Notes: generated by a model from the letters alone, not told the origin. 45,401 bases of DNA from Gaiellaceae bacterium (GCA_036265755.1 DATAOL010000027.1:1-45401); one strand, 5' to 3'; counted from the first letter of the stretch, positions 18,643-27,364 are shown. Translations and numbers: made by a program.

Positions 18643-19679
18643 GCGGCGACGAAGTCGCCGAGCGCGTCGCCGCCGAACTTCTCACGGGCGGCCCGGGCGA
18701 GCTCGAAGGCCACGCCCGCCTCGGCGACGACGGCGAGAGCCTCCACGGCGGCCACATCGGAACGCTCGACGAGCGCCTGGGCGGGCTCGCCGCTTTCCAG
18801 GTCTGCAGAGCGCAGCGGGCGCATGAGCGTCGGGAGCGGCTTCATCGCCGCCCGGATGACAATCTCCTCGCCGTTCGAGATCCCCGCCTCGATCCCGCCC
18901 GCGCGGTTCGTCTCGCGGTGGTAGCCGCCCTCGTCGCGAAGGATCTCGTCGTGAGCCTCGGAGCCGCGCAGGGCTGCAAGGGCGAAGCCGTCGCCGATCT
19001 CCACGCCTTTGACCGCCTGGGTCCCCATCAGCGTCCACGCGAGGCGGGCGTCGAGTCGCTCCTCCTTCGTTGCGTACGAGCCCAGTCCGGGCGGGACCCC
19101 GGTCGCGCGTACCTCGACGATCCCGCCGACGGTGTCTCGGTCGGCGCGCGCCGCGTCGATCCGCTGCTCGAGGTCGTCGCCGACGACTGAGCTCGACAGC
19201 TCGACCCCGATCGCGCGCAGGAGCGCTTTCGCGACGGCGCCCCCGGCGACGGTTGCGGCCGTGTGCCGCGCGCTCGCCCGCTCGAGGGCGTTGCGGGCAT
19301 CGTCGAGGTCGTACTTCATGACGCCCGCGAGATCCGCGTGCCCGGGGCGCGGGAGCGTCACGGGTTCCTTGCCTTTGCCGGCCGGATCGCCCTCAGGCGG
19401 CCACGGGCTCATGCCCCACTCCCAGTTCGCGTGGTCGCGGTTGCGGATCAGGAACGCGAGCGGCGTGCCGAGTGTCCGACCGTGGCGCAGGCCCGCGACA
19501 ACCTCGATCGTGTCGGTCTCGATCTGCTGCCTCGGACTGCGCCCGTACCCCTGCTGGCGGCGGCGGAGATCCTCCTCGATGGCACCCCGGTCGAGCTCGA
19601 GCCCGGCGGGCAGGCCCGTGACGACGCCCACGAGCGCAGGGCCGTGGGACTCACCGGCCGTGATCATCCTGAGAGACAC
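18600..19679 (-). CDS. aroC: Chorismate synthase
   Basis: 359-aa ORF with a GTG start. LRMITAGESHGPALVGVVTGLPAG, RRQQGYGRSPRQ, PRPGHADLAG. Confidence 0.95.
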   Translation of the reverse strand: MSLRMITAGESHGPALVGVVTGLPAGLELDRGAIEEDLRRRQQGYGRSPRQQIETDTIEVVAGLRHGRTLGTPLAFLIRNRDHANWEWGMSPWPPEGDPAGKGKEPVTLPRPGHADLAGVMKYDLDDARNALERASARHTAATVAGGAVAKALLRAIGVELSSSVVGDDLEQRIDAARADRDTVGGIVEVRATGVPPGLGSYATKEERLDARLAWTLMGTQAVKGVEIGDGFALAALRGSEAHDEILRDEGGYHRETNRAGGIEAGISNGEEIVIRAAMKPLPTLMRPLRSADLESGEPAQALVERSDVAAVEALAVVAEAGVAFELARAAREKFGGDALGDFVAAWRAYLERIPWSGR

Positions 19680-19685
19680 GCGAGA

Positions 19686-19691
19686 AGCCTA
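19686..19691 (-). promoter_or_regulatory. Putative -10 box TAGGCT, 6 nt upstream of the aroC GTG start
   Basis: The minus strand reads TTTAGGCTTCTCGC-GTG in the 49-nt aroE-aroC gap. No SD. Confidence 0.35.
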
Positions 19692-19728
19692 AAGTCTTGG
19701 ACCCCAAGCATCGCGGGCCCGTGCGCGT

Positions 19729-20535
19729 TCAGCGCGACAGCGCAGCCCGCATCACGGGGACCGGAGCCTCGTGCCCCGTCCACCGCTCGAAGGACGCGGC
19801 CCCCTGGGCCAGCAGGACTTCCAGTCCGTCCACGACGGTCGTACAGCCTGCCTTGCGCGCCGCCGCGACGAGCGCCGTGTCCTTCCCATCGGGCCGGTAG
19901 GCGAGGTCGACGACTTGGTGCTCCGCCGCCGGCTCGACGAGAACCTCGTCGCGGACGGGCGTCGCATTGACGATCAGTCCCGCCCGCTCGCCGTTCGGCG
20001 GCCAGTCGGTCTCGGAGCAGACATCGCGTTCCGGGAAGATGGTGCGGAGGCGAACCGCCAGCGCATGCGCGCGTTCGGCGTCGCGTGCCGCCACGGCAAT
20101 CGCCTCCGCGCCCGCATCGCCGAGCGCGGTCGCGACGGCCTGCGCGCCGCCCCCGGCCCCGAGCACGAGCACCCGCGTCCCTTCAGGATGGACGAGGCTC
20201 GTCACGGCCGGCCCGTCGGTGCTCGAGCCGAGCACGCGGCCGTCGCGGACGAGGAGGGTGTTCACCGAACCGGCGCGGGCGGCCACATCGTCCAGGTCGT
20301 CGCAGAAGGCGACGACCCCTGTCTTGTGGGGGATAGTCACGTTCGCCCCCGCGAAACCGAGCGCGACGAGACCCTCGATCGCCTCTTCGAGCCGCTCACG
20401 GCTCACGGGCAGGGGAACGTACGCCCAGTCGAGTGCGAGCGCCGCGAAAGCCGCGTTGTGCATCGCCGGCGAGAGCGAGTGCTCGACCGGGTCGCCGATC
20501 AGCCCCACCAGCCGGGTTGCGCCGCCGAGCGTCAC
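19729..20535 (-). CDS. aroE: Shikimate dehydrogenase
   Basis: Trimmed from ORF 19729..21477 to GTG 20533-20535 (GTGA overlap with the mltG stop). GLIGDPVEHSLSPAMHNAAF, ANVTIPHK, VLGAGGGAQAV. Confidence 0.9.
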   Translation of the reverse strand: MTLGGATRLVGLIGDPVEHSLSPAMHNAAFAALALDWAYVPLPVSRERLEEAIEGLVALGFAGANVTIPHKTGVVAFCDDLDDVAARAGSVNTLLVRDGRVLGSSTDGPAVTSLVHPEGTRVLVLGAGGGAQAVATALGDAGAEAIAVAARDAERAHALAVRLRTIFPERDVCSETDWPPNGERAGLIVNATPVRDEVLVEPAAEHQVVDLAYRPDGKDTALVAAARKAGCTTVVDGLEVLLAQGAASFERWTGHEAPVPVMRAALSR

Positions 20536-21443
20536 CCGCAGTTGAGCCCGCCGCGCGGGTAGTTGTTGAACTCCTGCAGGCTGGAGGTGAAGAAGTGGCT
20601 CTTGCAGTCCGGCTTGCGCACGTAATAGAGGTATTTCGCCTTCGCCGGATGGGCGGCCGCCTGCATGGAGGCGAGCCCCGGGTTCGAGATCGGCGTCGGC
20701 GTCAGGCCGGGGAACCTGCGCGTGTTGTACGGGTTGTCCGACTCGATCTGGCTCTCGAGTATCGCCTGGGTCGGAGGGATGTTGAAGCCGTAGCGGAGCG
20801 TCGCGTCGATCTGCAGCGCCATGCCGAGGTGGAGCCGGTTGTAGATGACCGCGGCGACGAGTGGCCGCTCCTTCGGTACTTGAACCTCCTTCTCGATCAT
20901 CGAGGCGATCGTCAGGACGTCGTACGGGGTGAGGTTCTTCGACTTGGCGTAGCGGAGGTCGATCTGGCTCCAGTTGCGGTCGAACGCGTCGAGCTGCTCG
21001 TCGACGAGCTCCCGCGTCGTCGTGTCCTCGGTGAACTCGTAGGTCGCGGGGAAGAGAAAGCCCTCCAGGTGTGGGACGTTCTTCGGGAAGCCGGCCGGCG
21101 CATTCATCGTCTTCGTCAGCCGCATGTACTCCTGCGCCGAGAGCTTCGGCGTGACGTTGCGCTTGTCCTCGGCGATCTTGTTGACGGCGGTGATCCTGTT
21201 CGCCATCTCGGCGCGCGTGAAGCCCTCCGGGAAGATGATCCGGAGCACGGGCTTGGGCGGCGGCCCCGTAGTCGTCGGCTGGGAGGGCGTGGGCGACGAG
21301 TCGTCGCCGCCCCGGCCGACGACGGCGAAAGCGATCGCCGCGAGCACGCCGAGGCCGAGGATCAGCCCTCCTGCTGCGGCGAGCACGCGCGTCGCGGGCG
21401 ACGTCTGCCGATGACGACCTAGCTCGGGAGGGCGCTCTTCCAT
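20532..21443 (-). CDS. mltG: Endolytic murein transglycosylase MltG (YceG family)
   Basis: 303-aa ORF with an N-terminal TM helix followed by the YceG domain (LTIASMIEKEV, AAVIYNRL, LQIDATLRYG, PYNTRRFPGLTPTPISNPG). Confidence 0.9.
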   Translation of the reverse strand: MEERPPELGRHRQTSPATRVLAAAGGLILGLGVLAAIAFAVVGRGGDDSSPTPSQPTTTGPPPKPVLRIIFPEGFTRAEMANRITAVNKIAEDKRNVTPKLSAQEYMRLTKTMNAPAGFPKNVPHLEGFLFPATYEFTEDTTTRELVDEQLDAFDRNWSQIDLRYAKSKNLTPYDVLTIASMIEKEVQVPKERPLVAAVIYNRLHLGMALQIDATLRYGFNIPPTQAILESQIESDNPYNTRRFPGLTPTPISNPGLASMQAAAHPAKAKYLYYVRKPDCKSHFFTSSLQEFNNYPRGGLNCG

Positions 21444-21814
21444 TCCAGGTATGTCGACAGAAGGTGCGCCGCGGCAACCGCGTCCGGCTCGGCCCGGGTG
21501 GGTCGGGACTCGGCGAGCTTGGTCGTAAAACGCTCGTCGAAGCTCTCGACCGGCACGTCGGTCACGCTGCGGAGCGCGGCCACGAACCGATCCGTCTCCT
21601 CCGCCTGCGCGCCGCGCTCTCCGTGCAGGGTGACTGGCAGACCGACCACGATTGCCTCCACCGCCTCCCGCTCGATGAGCCCGGCGAGACGGCGAAGGCC
21701 GGCCGGCGAGGATGCGCTCTCCACGACTTCGAGGGGGCGGGCGAGCGTGCCGGTCGGATCCGATACGGCGACGCCGGTCCGCGCCGAACCGTAGTCGAGG
21801 GCGAGCACCTTCAC
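21419..21814 (-). CDS. ruvX: Holliday junction resolvase-like protein RuvX (YqgF)
   Basis: 131-aa ORF with a GTG start. KVLALDYGSARTGVAVSD, IVVGLP, DERFTT. Confidence 0.9.
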   Translation of the reverse strand: MKVLALDYGSARTGVAVSDPTGTLARPLEVVESASSPAGLRRLAGLIEREAVEAIVVGLPVTLHGERGAQAEETDRFVAALRSVTDVPVESFDERFTTKLAESRPTRAEPDAVAAAHLLSTYLEWKSALPS

Positions 21815-21823
21815 AGGCGGGCG

Positions 21824-21829
21824 ATTCTA
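21824..21829 (-). promoter_or_regulatory. Putative -10 box TAGAAT, 9 nt upstream of the ruvX GTG start
   Basis: The minus strand reads AACTAGAATCGCCCGCCT-GTG with no SD. It lies immediately downstream of the alaS terminator-like hairpin. Confidence 0.45.
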
Positions 21830-21836
21830 GTTGGGC

Positions 21837-21862
21837 GTCCGAGCGCCGGGCGGCGGTCGGAC
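21837..21862 (-). terminator. GC-rich stem-loop immediately after the alaS stop codon (terminator-like, no U-tract)
   Basis: The minus strand reads GTCCGA-C-CGCC-GCCC-GGCG-C-TCGGAC: 6 bp, an internal mismatch, 4 bp, and a 4-nt loop. It is the only clear hairpin between minus-strand transcription units in the window. Confidence 0.35.
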
Positions 21863-24405
21863 TAGGCGAGCGCCTCGAGCAGCGCCTTCTCCGCCTGCGC
21901 GAGAACCTCGGGCAGCTTCTCGGGGTCGCGGCCGCCGGCCCGTGCCATTGTCGGCCGGCCTCCCCCTCCCCCGCCCATGAGCGCGGCGGCCTCGCGCACG
22001 ACCTGCACCGCGTCGAGTCCGCGCTCCTCGAGCGAGCGGTCGAGGTTGACCACGAGGTGGACTCGTCCGTCCTCGCGTGCGCCGAGGACGACCGCGGCCG
22101 GCGCGTGCTGCTGCTTGAGCCGGTCGGACAGCTCGAGCATGTCGTCGGGAGTCGATTCCGCGAGCTCCATGACGATCACCTCCACTCCGCCGGCCTGGTT
22201 TCGGCGCTCGGCGACCACCTCGGGGCCGGCCGAGGCCTCAGGCTTTCGCTTCGCGTCCTTCCGGGCCTCCACGAGCTCGGCGCGCAGGGCGCTCGCCTCC
22301 TCCGCCTGCGCGCGCACGAAGGCGAAGGCCTCGCCGGAGGTCACTGCCTCGATACGACGGACGCCCGAACCGACGGAGCCCTCCGAAAGGACGGCGAACG
22401 CGCCGATCTCTGCCGTCGAGCGCACATGCGTGCCGCCGCAGAGCTCCCGCGAGAAGCCCGGAATCTCGACGACACGCACGACGTCTCCGTACTTCTCGCC
22501 GAAGAGCATCATCGCGCCGAGGTTCCTGGCCTCGTCGATCGGCGTCAGAAACGTGTGCACCGGGAGGTTCTCGAAGATGCGCTCGTTGACGATCTTCTCC
22601 ACGCGCTCGCGCTCCTCGTGGCCGAGCGCCTGCGGATGGGTGAAGTCGAAGCGGAGCTTGTCCGGGCGCACGGCCGAGCCGGCCTGGCGAACGTGATCGC
22701 CGAGCACCTCCTGCAGCGCCTTGTGGAGGAGGTGCGTGGCCGTGTGGTTGGCCATCGTCGGGAAACGCGCTTTCCACGGCACGACGGCCTTGACGCGGTC
22801 GCCGACGGAGAAGCCCTCGCCTCGGAGCTGAAGGGCCTGGTCCTCGCCGAAGCGAAACGCCGCGACGAGCTCGGCACGCCGTCCGTCGGCCTCGATCCAC
22901 CCCTGATCGCTCACCTGGCCCCCGCCCTCGGGATAGAAGGGCGACTCCCGCAGCTTGGCGAGGAAGGACCCGTCGCCGAGCTCCTCGAGCGCGCCCACTT
23001 GCGTGAGCACCTCTGTCTTCTCCCACCCGACGAAGTCCGTCTCGAAGCCCGCAAGCCGTGCGAAGTCGGCCGCGCGCTGGAGCTCATTCCGCTCTCCGCC
23101 GGCGCGCGAGATCTCGCGGTGTTCCTCCATCAGCTTCGCGAAGCGATCCTCGTCCACCGCGAGACCGCGCTCCCGCGCGAGCTCCGAGGTGAGCTCGACC
23201 GGGAATCCGTACGTGGCGGTGAGCGTGAACGCGTCCTCGGCGGACACGTTGCCCTTCGCGGCCACCTCCTCGAAGAGTCGCATGCCGCGCGAGAGCGTCT
23301 CGGAGAAGCGCTCCTCCTCGCCGCGGAGGACTTCCTGGATGTTGCCGCGGTTCTCGTCGAGCTCCGGGTACCACGGGCTCATCTGGTCGACAACGACATC
23401 GGAGAGCCGCCACAGGTCGTCGAGGCCGATCTTCCGCGCCTGTTGGACAGCCCGGCGAATGATGCGCCGGAGGACATAGCCACGGCCCTCGTTGGAAGGG
23501 ATGACCCCGTCGCCGACCAGGCAGGTCATCCCGCGCCCGTGGTCCGCGAGCACGCGGTGCGCCTTCGTCGCCGTCTCGTCAGCGTCCCACGCGACGCCGC
23601 TCTCCTCCTCGATCCAGGCCATAATCGCCTGGTAACCGTCGGTCTCGTAGACGGAGCGGGAGCGCACGTCCTGCACGATGGCGGACAGGCGCTCCAGGCC
23701 CATGCCGGTGTCGACGTTCTGCTGCGGCAGCGGCGTGAGCGTGCCGTCGGGATGGAGCTCGTACTCCATGAAGACGAGGTTCCAGAACTCGAGGAACCGG
23801 TCGCAGCGCGGGCAGGCCGGAGCGCAACCGGGGTCGCCGCAGCCGAACTCCTCGCCCCAGTCGTAGTAGATCTCGGAGTCGGGGCCGCACGGGCCCGGGC
23901 CGCCGACCGACCAGAAGTTCTCGCTGCTCGGGAGCGGGACGATGCGCTCGCGGGGAACTCCGATCCCCTCCCAGAGCTCGACGGCGACCGTGTCCTCCCC
24001 GAGCTCGAGCTGCGGATCGCCCGCATGGACGGTCACCCAGATCCGTTCCCACTCGAGGCCCAGGTGGTCCCGGATGAACTCGCTCGCGTGCTCGATCGCG
24101 CCCTGCTTGAAGTACTGGCCGAACGAGAAGTTGCCGAGCATCTCGAAGAAGGTCAGGTGGTGCCCGTCGAGCCCGACCTCGTCGATGTCGGGGGTCCGGA
24201 AGCACTTCTGCACCGTCGCCGTGAGCGGGGCGGGCGGCTGCTCCCGGCCGAGGAAGTACGGCATCTGCGGCTGCATCCCCGCCGAGGTGAGCAGCGTCGA
24301 GTGGTCCTCGGGCCTCGGAACGAGGGACCATGAGGGCAGGCGTCTGTGGCCCTTCGACTCGAAGTAGCCGAGAAAGCCCTCGCGCAGCTCGGCGGAGGTC
24401 CGCAT
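21862..24405 (-). CDS. alaS: Alanine--tRNA ligase
   Basis: 847-aa ORF. LREGFLGYFESKGH, class II core FEMLGNFSFGQYFK, editing domain HTATHLLHKAL and CGGTHV, C-terminal DHHA1 with GGGGGRP. Confidence 0.97.
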   Translation of the reverse strand: MRTSAELREGFLGYFESKGHRRLPSWSLVPRPEDHSTLLTSAGMQPQMPYFLGREQPPAPLTATVQKCFRTPDIDEVGLDGHHLTFFEMLGNFSFGQYFKQGAIEHASEFIRDHLGLEWERIWVTVHAGDPQLELGEDTVAVELWEGIGVPRERIVPLPSSENFWSVGGPGPCGPDSEIYYDWGEEFGCGDPGCAPACPRCDRFLEFWNLVFMEYELHPDGTLTPLPQQNVDTGMGLERLSAIVQDVRSRSVYETDGYQAIMAWIEEESGVAWDADETATKAHRVLADHGRGMTCLVGDGVIPSNEGRGYVLRRIIRRAVQQARKIGLDDLWRLSDVVVDQMSPWYPELDENRGNIQEVLRGEEERFSETLSRGMRLFEEVAAKGNVSAEDAFTLTATYGFPVELTSELARERGLAVDEDRFAKLMEEHREISRAGGERNELQRAADFARLAGFETDFVGWEKTEVLTQVGALEELGDGSFLAKLRESPFYPEGGGQVSDQGWIEADGRRAELVAAFRFGEDQALQLRGEGFSVGDRVKAVVPWKARFPTMANHTATHLLHKALQEVLGDHVRQAGSAVRPDKLRFDFTHPQALGHEERERVEKIVNERIFENLPVHTFLTPIDEARNLGAMMLFGEKYGDVVRVVEIPGFSRELCGGTHVRSTAEIGAFAVLSEGSVGSGVRRIEAVTSGEAFAFVRAQAEEASALRAELVEARKDAKRKPEASAGPEVVAERRNQAGGVEVIVMELAESTPDDMLELSDRLKQQHAPAAVVLGAREDGRVHLVVNLDRSLEERGLDAVQVVREAAALMGGGGGGRPTMARAGGRDPEKLPEVLAQAEKALLEALA

Positions 24406-24412
24406 GCGATCG

Positions 24413-24418
24413 ATTCTA
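24413..24418 (-). promoter_or_regulatory. Putative -10 box TAGAAT, 7 nt upstream of the alaS ATG
   Basis: The minus strand reads GTAGAATCGATCGC-ATG in the 20-nt gap after the sigma-factor stop. No SD. Confidence 0.45.
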
Positions 24419-24425
24419 CGCGGGG

Positions 24426-25202
24426 CTAGCCGCGGCTCTGGGAGGCGCGCCGGGGCTCGGGCTCCGTCGCGATCTCCTCCCGCATCTTCTCGATCGAGCG
24501 CCGGATCAGACGCGAGACGTGCATCTGGGAGATGCCGACCTGCTGCGCGATCTGGGACTGCGTCAACCCCTCGAAGAACCGCAGGTGCAGGATTCGCCGC
24601 TCGCGCTCGTCGAGGGCTGCGAGGCCGGGCGCGAGCACCGCGCGATCCTCGCTGACCTCGTACTCGTGCTCCAGCGTGCCGAGTGACTCGAGCGGGTCGA
24701 GATCCGAGTCGTCGTCGCCGCCGGAAGGCGCGGAAAGCGAGAGGGTGGCGTACGCCTGTCCGCTCTCGAGGGCCTCGAGAACGTCCTCCTCCTCGACGTC
24801 CGCAGCTTTCGCAAGCTCCGGGATCGTCGGCGAGCGCTCGAGCTGGACGGTCAGCTCCTCGAGCAGGTGCGAGAGGCGGACGTTGAGCTCCTGCAGGCCC
24901 CTCGGGACGCGGATCGACCAGCCCTTGTCACGGAAGTGGCGCTTGATCTCGCCGATGATGTTCGGCGTCGCGTAGGTCGTGAGCTCGACACCGCGGTCGA
25001 TGTCGAAGCGGTCGATCGCCTTGATCAGGCCGATGCAACCCACCTGGACGAGGTCTTCCAGCTGCTCGCCGCGGTACGAGTAGCGGCGGGCCAGCGAGCG
25101 GACGAGCGGGAGGTACTGCTCGATCAGCTGCTCGCGCGCCTCGGTGTCTCCGCGCTGGTGATACCGGCGCAGCAATTCCTTGTCGTTGCGTTCCTCAGAC
25201 AT
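24426..25202 (-). CDS. Group 3 RNA polymerase sigma factor (SigB/SigF/SigG family)
   Basis: Trimmed from ORF 24426..25313 to ATG 25200-25202. Region 2 reads DLVQVGCIGLIKAIDRFD...TYATPNIIGEIKRHFRDKGWSIRVPR; region 4 reads LRFFEGLTQSQIAQQVGISQMHVSRL. Confidence 0.9.
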   Translation of the reverse strand: MSEERNDKELLRRYHQRGDTEAREQLIEQYLPLVRSLARRYSYRGEQLEDLVQVGCIGLIKAIDRFDIDRGVELTTYATPNIIGEIKRHFRDKGWSIRVPRGLQELNVRLSHLLEELTVQLERSPTIPELAKAADVEEEDVLEALESGQAYATLSLSAPSGGDDDSDLDPLESLGTLEHEYEVSEDRAVLAPGLAALDERERRILHLRFFEGLTQSQIAQQVGISQMHVSRLIRRSIEKMREEIATEPEPRRASQSRG

Positions 25203-25599
25203 TGGACCCGGTCGGCTTGATGCCTCGGACGCGCTTGGAGAGCCGCAGCCACGCGCCGTCCTCGCGCGCGTCGACTTGCACGTCCTCCACGAGGGTAGCG
25301 AGAAGGCGGCCAAGGCCCAGCTCCTCTCCTCCGGAGGAGTCGAGGCCTGTCTGCAGGGCGTCCCGATCGAGCGGCCCGATCGACATCGTGATCCCGTCTT
25401 CGGTCACGTCCAGCTCGACCCGGACCTCCTCTCCGACGGCGTATTCGGCGCCCTCGAGCACGGAGACCAGGGCGAGCTGGAGATCCTCGAGCGTCTCGTA
25501 CGAGAGGTTGTGGCGGGCGGCGAGGCCCCCGACCACGAGGCGCGCGACCCCGTGGAAGGGGCGCGTGTTCGGTATGCGGAGCTCGATAGCGCTCGTCAC
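25195..25599 (-). CDS. RsbW/SpoIIAB-like anti-sigma factor with degenerate ATP-binding motifs
   Basis: 134-aa ORF. The GTG start forms a GTGA overlap with the DUF948 stop, and the 3' end overlaps the sigma ATG by 8 nt. The N-terminal half (IELRIPNTRPFHGVARLVVGGLAARHNLSYETLEDLQLAL) is colinear with RsbW-type anti-sigma kinases. Where the N-box (E..xN.A..H) is expected it reads SVLEGAEYA. Confidence 0.7.
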   Translation of the reverse strand: MTSAIELRIPNTRPFHGVARLVVGGLAARHNLSYETLEDLQLALVSVLEGAEYAVGEEVRVELDVTEDGITMSIGPLDRDALQTGLDSSGGEELGLGRLLATLVEDVQVDAREDGAWLRLSKRVRGIKPTGSNV

Positions 25600-26060
25600 G
25601 GTCCCTCAGCGCCGTGCTCGAGCTCGTCCGCGATCTCCTGCTCGCGCCGTGCAGCCGCCTTCCGGCCGGCGCCCATGGCCTGCCGCGGGTCCTTCGAGAC
25701 GCGCAGAGCGGCAATGCCGTGGGACACGCCCTCGAAGAAGCCCGAGAGCTTTTGCACCGGCCGTGTGATTGCGAGCGAAACCGCCCGCACGGCCGTGTCG
25801 ACGCTGTCGGCAGCGTCGACGGCGCTGTCAGTGACGCGATCCACCTTGTCCAGCTGAGTGTTCACGCGGTCGACCGTCCCTCCGGCCTTGTTGATCACAG
25901 GGAGGACTTCTGTTTCCAGTCCTTGGATGAACGAAGAAAGCCGCCGAACGGTTCCGCTGAGGTGGAAGAGAACGAACGCGAGCCCGAGGCCCACGACGAC
26001 GAGAAAGGCGCTCAGCGCGATCCACAGGACGTCGAGGGTGCTCAGGTCGGCGAGAGGCAA
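25596..26060 (-). CDS. DUF948 (YtxG/UPF0478-like) membrane-anchored protein
   Basis: This is the 3' 154 codons of tracked ORF 25596..27056. The proposed TTG start at 26058-26060 lies 14 nt after the mnmA stop. It has one N-terminal TM helix (VLWIALSAFLVVVGLGLAFVLF), then a helical repeat-like region (VDRVNTQLDKVDRVTDSAVDAADSVDTAVRAV) typical of DUF948. The start codon is uncertain. Confidence 0.7.
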   Translation of the reverse strand: MPLADLSTLDVLWIALSAFLVVVGLGLAFVLFHLSGTVRRLSSFIQGLETEVLPVINKAGGTVDRVNTQLDKVDRVTDSAVDAADSVDTAVRAVSLAITRPVQKLSGFFEGVSHGIAALRVSKDPRQAMGAGRKAAARREQEIADELEHGAEGP

Positions 26061-26067
26061 GACGAAG

Positions 26068-26073
26068 ATCCTA
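26068..26073 (-). promoter_or_regulatory. Putative -10 box TAGGAT, 7 nt upstream of the proposed DUF948 TTG start
   Basis: The minus strand reads AACTAGGATCTTCGTC-TTG. The same AACTAG(A/G)ATC context occurs at efp and ruvX. Alternatively, the AGGA could serve as a weak SD. Confidence 0.35.
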
Positions 26074-26074
26074 G

Positions 26075-27364
26075 TTAACGCGACGTGGTGATGAGGCCGG
26101 CGCCGACGACGGCATCGCCCTCGTAGAGGACCGCCGCCTGGCCCACGGCGACACCGTACACGGGCTCGTCGAGCGTGAGCCGGAAGCCGCGCGCGAGCGG
26201 GGCGACGCTCGCCGCGGCGGCGGACGAGCGATAGCGCAGCTTCGCCTCGACCCGTTGGGCGGGGACGAAGAGACGTCCCGTCCCCGCGCTGACCTCCTTG
26301 CGCGCGAGCGACGCCCGCGGCCCGACGACCACGGCGTTCGTCCCCGGGTCCGTTCGCAGCGCGTAGACCGGCTCCCCGGTCGCCACGCCGAGGCCGCGTC
26401 GCTGGCCCGTGGTGAAGCGCCAGAAGCCGTCGTGCCGGGCAACCTCCTCCCCGCGCTCGTCGACGACGGGACCCTCGCGTGGAGCAAGGCCGTGCCGGCC
26501 AAGGAAATCGCGGTAGTCGCCGCCCGCGAGGAAGCAGGCCTCCTGGCTCTCCGCGCGGGTCGCGGCTTCGAGGCCGGCGGCGGTCGCCTCGGCCCGGGTC
26601 GCGTCCTTCCCCTGATTCCCGAGCGGGAACCAGAGCCGGTCGAGATAGCGAGGGTCGAGACGGGCGACCATGTACGACTGGTCCTTGTCCGCGTCCGCGC
26701 CGCGGGCGAGGAGGAGTCGGCCGCGGTGCTCGACGATTCGGGCGTAGTGCCCTGTGACGACTTTCGCCGCTCCGACCCGGCGCGCGAAGGCCAGCAGCGC
26801 CGAGAAGCGGAAGCTTCCGTTGCAGCGCACGCAGGGATTCGGCGTTTCTCCTCGCGCGTACCCCTCGACGAACGGCGCAACTACTGCCTTCCGGAAGGGG
26901 TCGCGCAGGTCGAGCGTCACGTGTGGGAGGCCGAGTCGGTGGCAGGCCTCCCGCGCCGCGATCACCGCCTGCGGAGAGCAGCACACTCGTTCCGAAGCCT
27001 GCCCCGCGGGATCCGTCCAGAGACGGAGCGTGACTCCGACCGGGTTGTGTCCCCAATCCCGGGCGCGCAGGAGCGCGACGGCGCTGTCGACGCCGCCGCT
27101 CATCGCCACAGCGACGCGGGCGGGATCGTCCTGCGCGGCGACGGCGCCGCCGATGGCGTCGTGTAGCGCGTCGGCGGCCAGCCTGCCGCCCGGCACCGCA
27201 GCCGCTTCGAGGAGCGGCAATCCTTCGACCGCACGGCAGAGGCCCCTAACACCGGGCCCTTCCCCTCTCGCAGACATGATGCGCTGTCCGCACACGGCGA
27301 GCCGGACCCAGGCCAGGTCCCCGTCCTGGGCCGCGTTGCCGATCAACTCACGCGTCGCCGTCAT
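26075..27364 (-). CDS. mnmA: tRNA 2-thiouridine(34) synthase MnmA with an ~80-aa N-terminal extension
   Basis: Trimmed from ORF 26075..27481 to ATG 27362-27364, where GC3 bias becomes strong. PP-loop VAVAMSGGVDSAV, CCSP, NPCVRCN, GHYAR and DQSY motifs are present. The PP-loop begins ~88 aa after this start, whereas it is normally within the first ~15 aa. Confidence 0.88.
   Translation of the reverse strand: MTATRELIGNAAQDGDLAWVRLAVCGQRIMSARGEGPGVRGLCRAVEGLPLLEAAAVPGGRLAADALHDAIGGAVAAQDDPARVAVAMSGGVDSAVALLRARDWGHNPVGVTLRLWTDPAGQASERVCCSPQAVIAAREACHRLGLPHVTLDLRDPFRKAVVAPFVEGYARGETPNPCVRCNGSFRFSALLAFARRVGAAKVVTGHYARIVEHRGRLLLARGADADKDQSYMVARLDPRYLDRLWFPLGNQGKDATRAEATAAGLEAATRAESQEACFLAGGDYRDFLGRHGLAPREGPVVDERGEEVARHDGFWRFTTGQRRGLGVATGEPVYALRTDPGTNAVVVGPRASLARKEVSAGTGRLFVPAQRVEAKLRYRSSAAAASVAPLARGFRLTLDEPVYGVAVGQAAVLYEGDAVVGAGLITTSR

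Noticed and set aside
16919-18757. A 612-aa minus-strand ORF overlapping aroQ, aroK/B and aroC.
   Set aside because: It is an alternative frame of genuine genes. The translation is almost pure Arg/Gly/Pro/Ala. The aroK/B and aroC frames carry all the conserved motifs.
21712-24333. An 873-aa plus-strand ORF, the longest in this part of the track.
   Set aside because: It lies exactly antisense to alaS, which is unmistakable on the minus strand. The translation is Arg/Ala/Gly/Leu/Asp-rich with no recognisable motif. Long stop-free antisense frames are expected at this G+C content.
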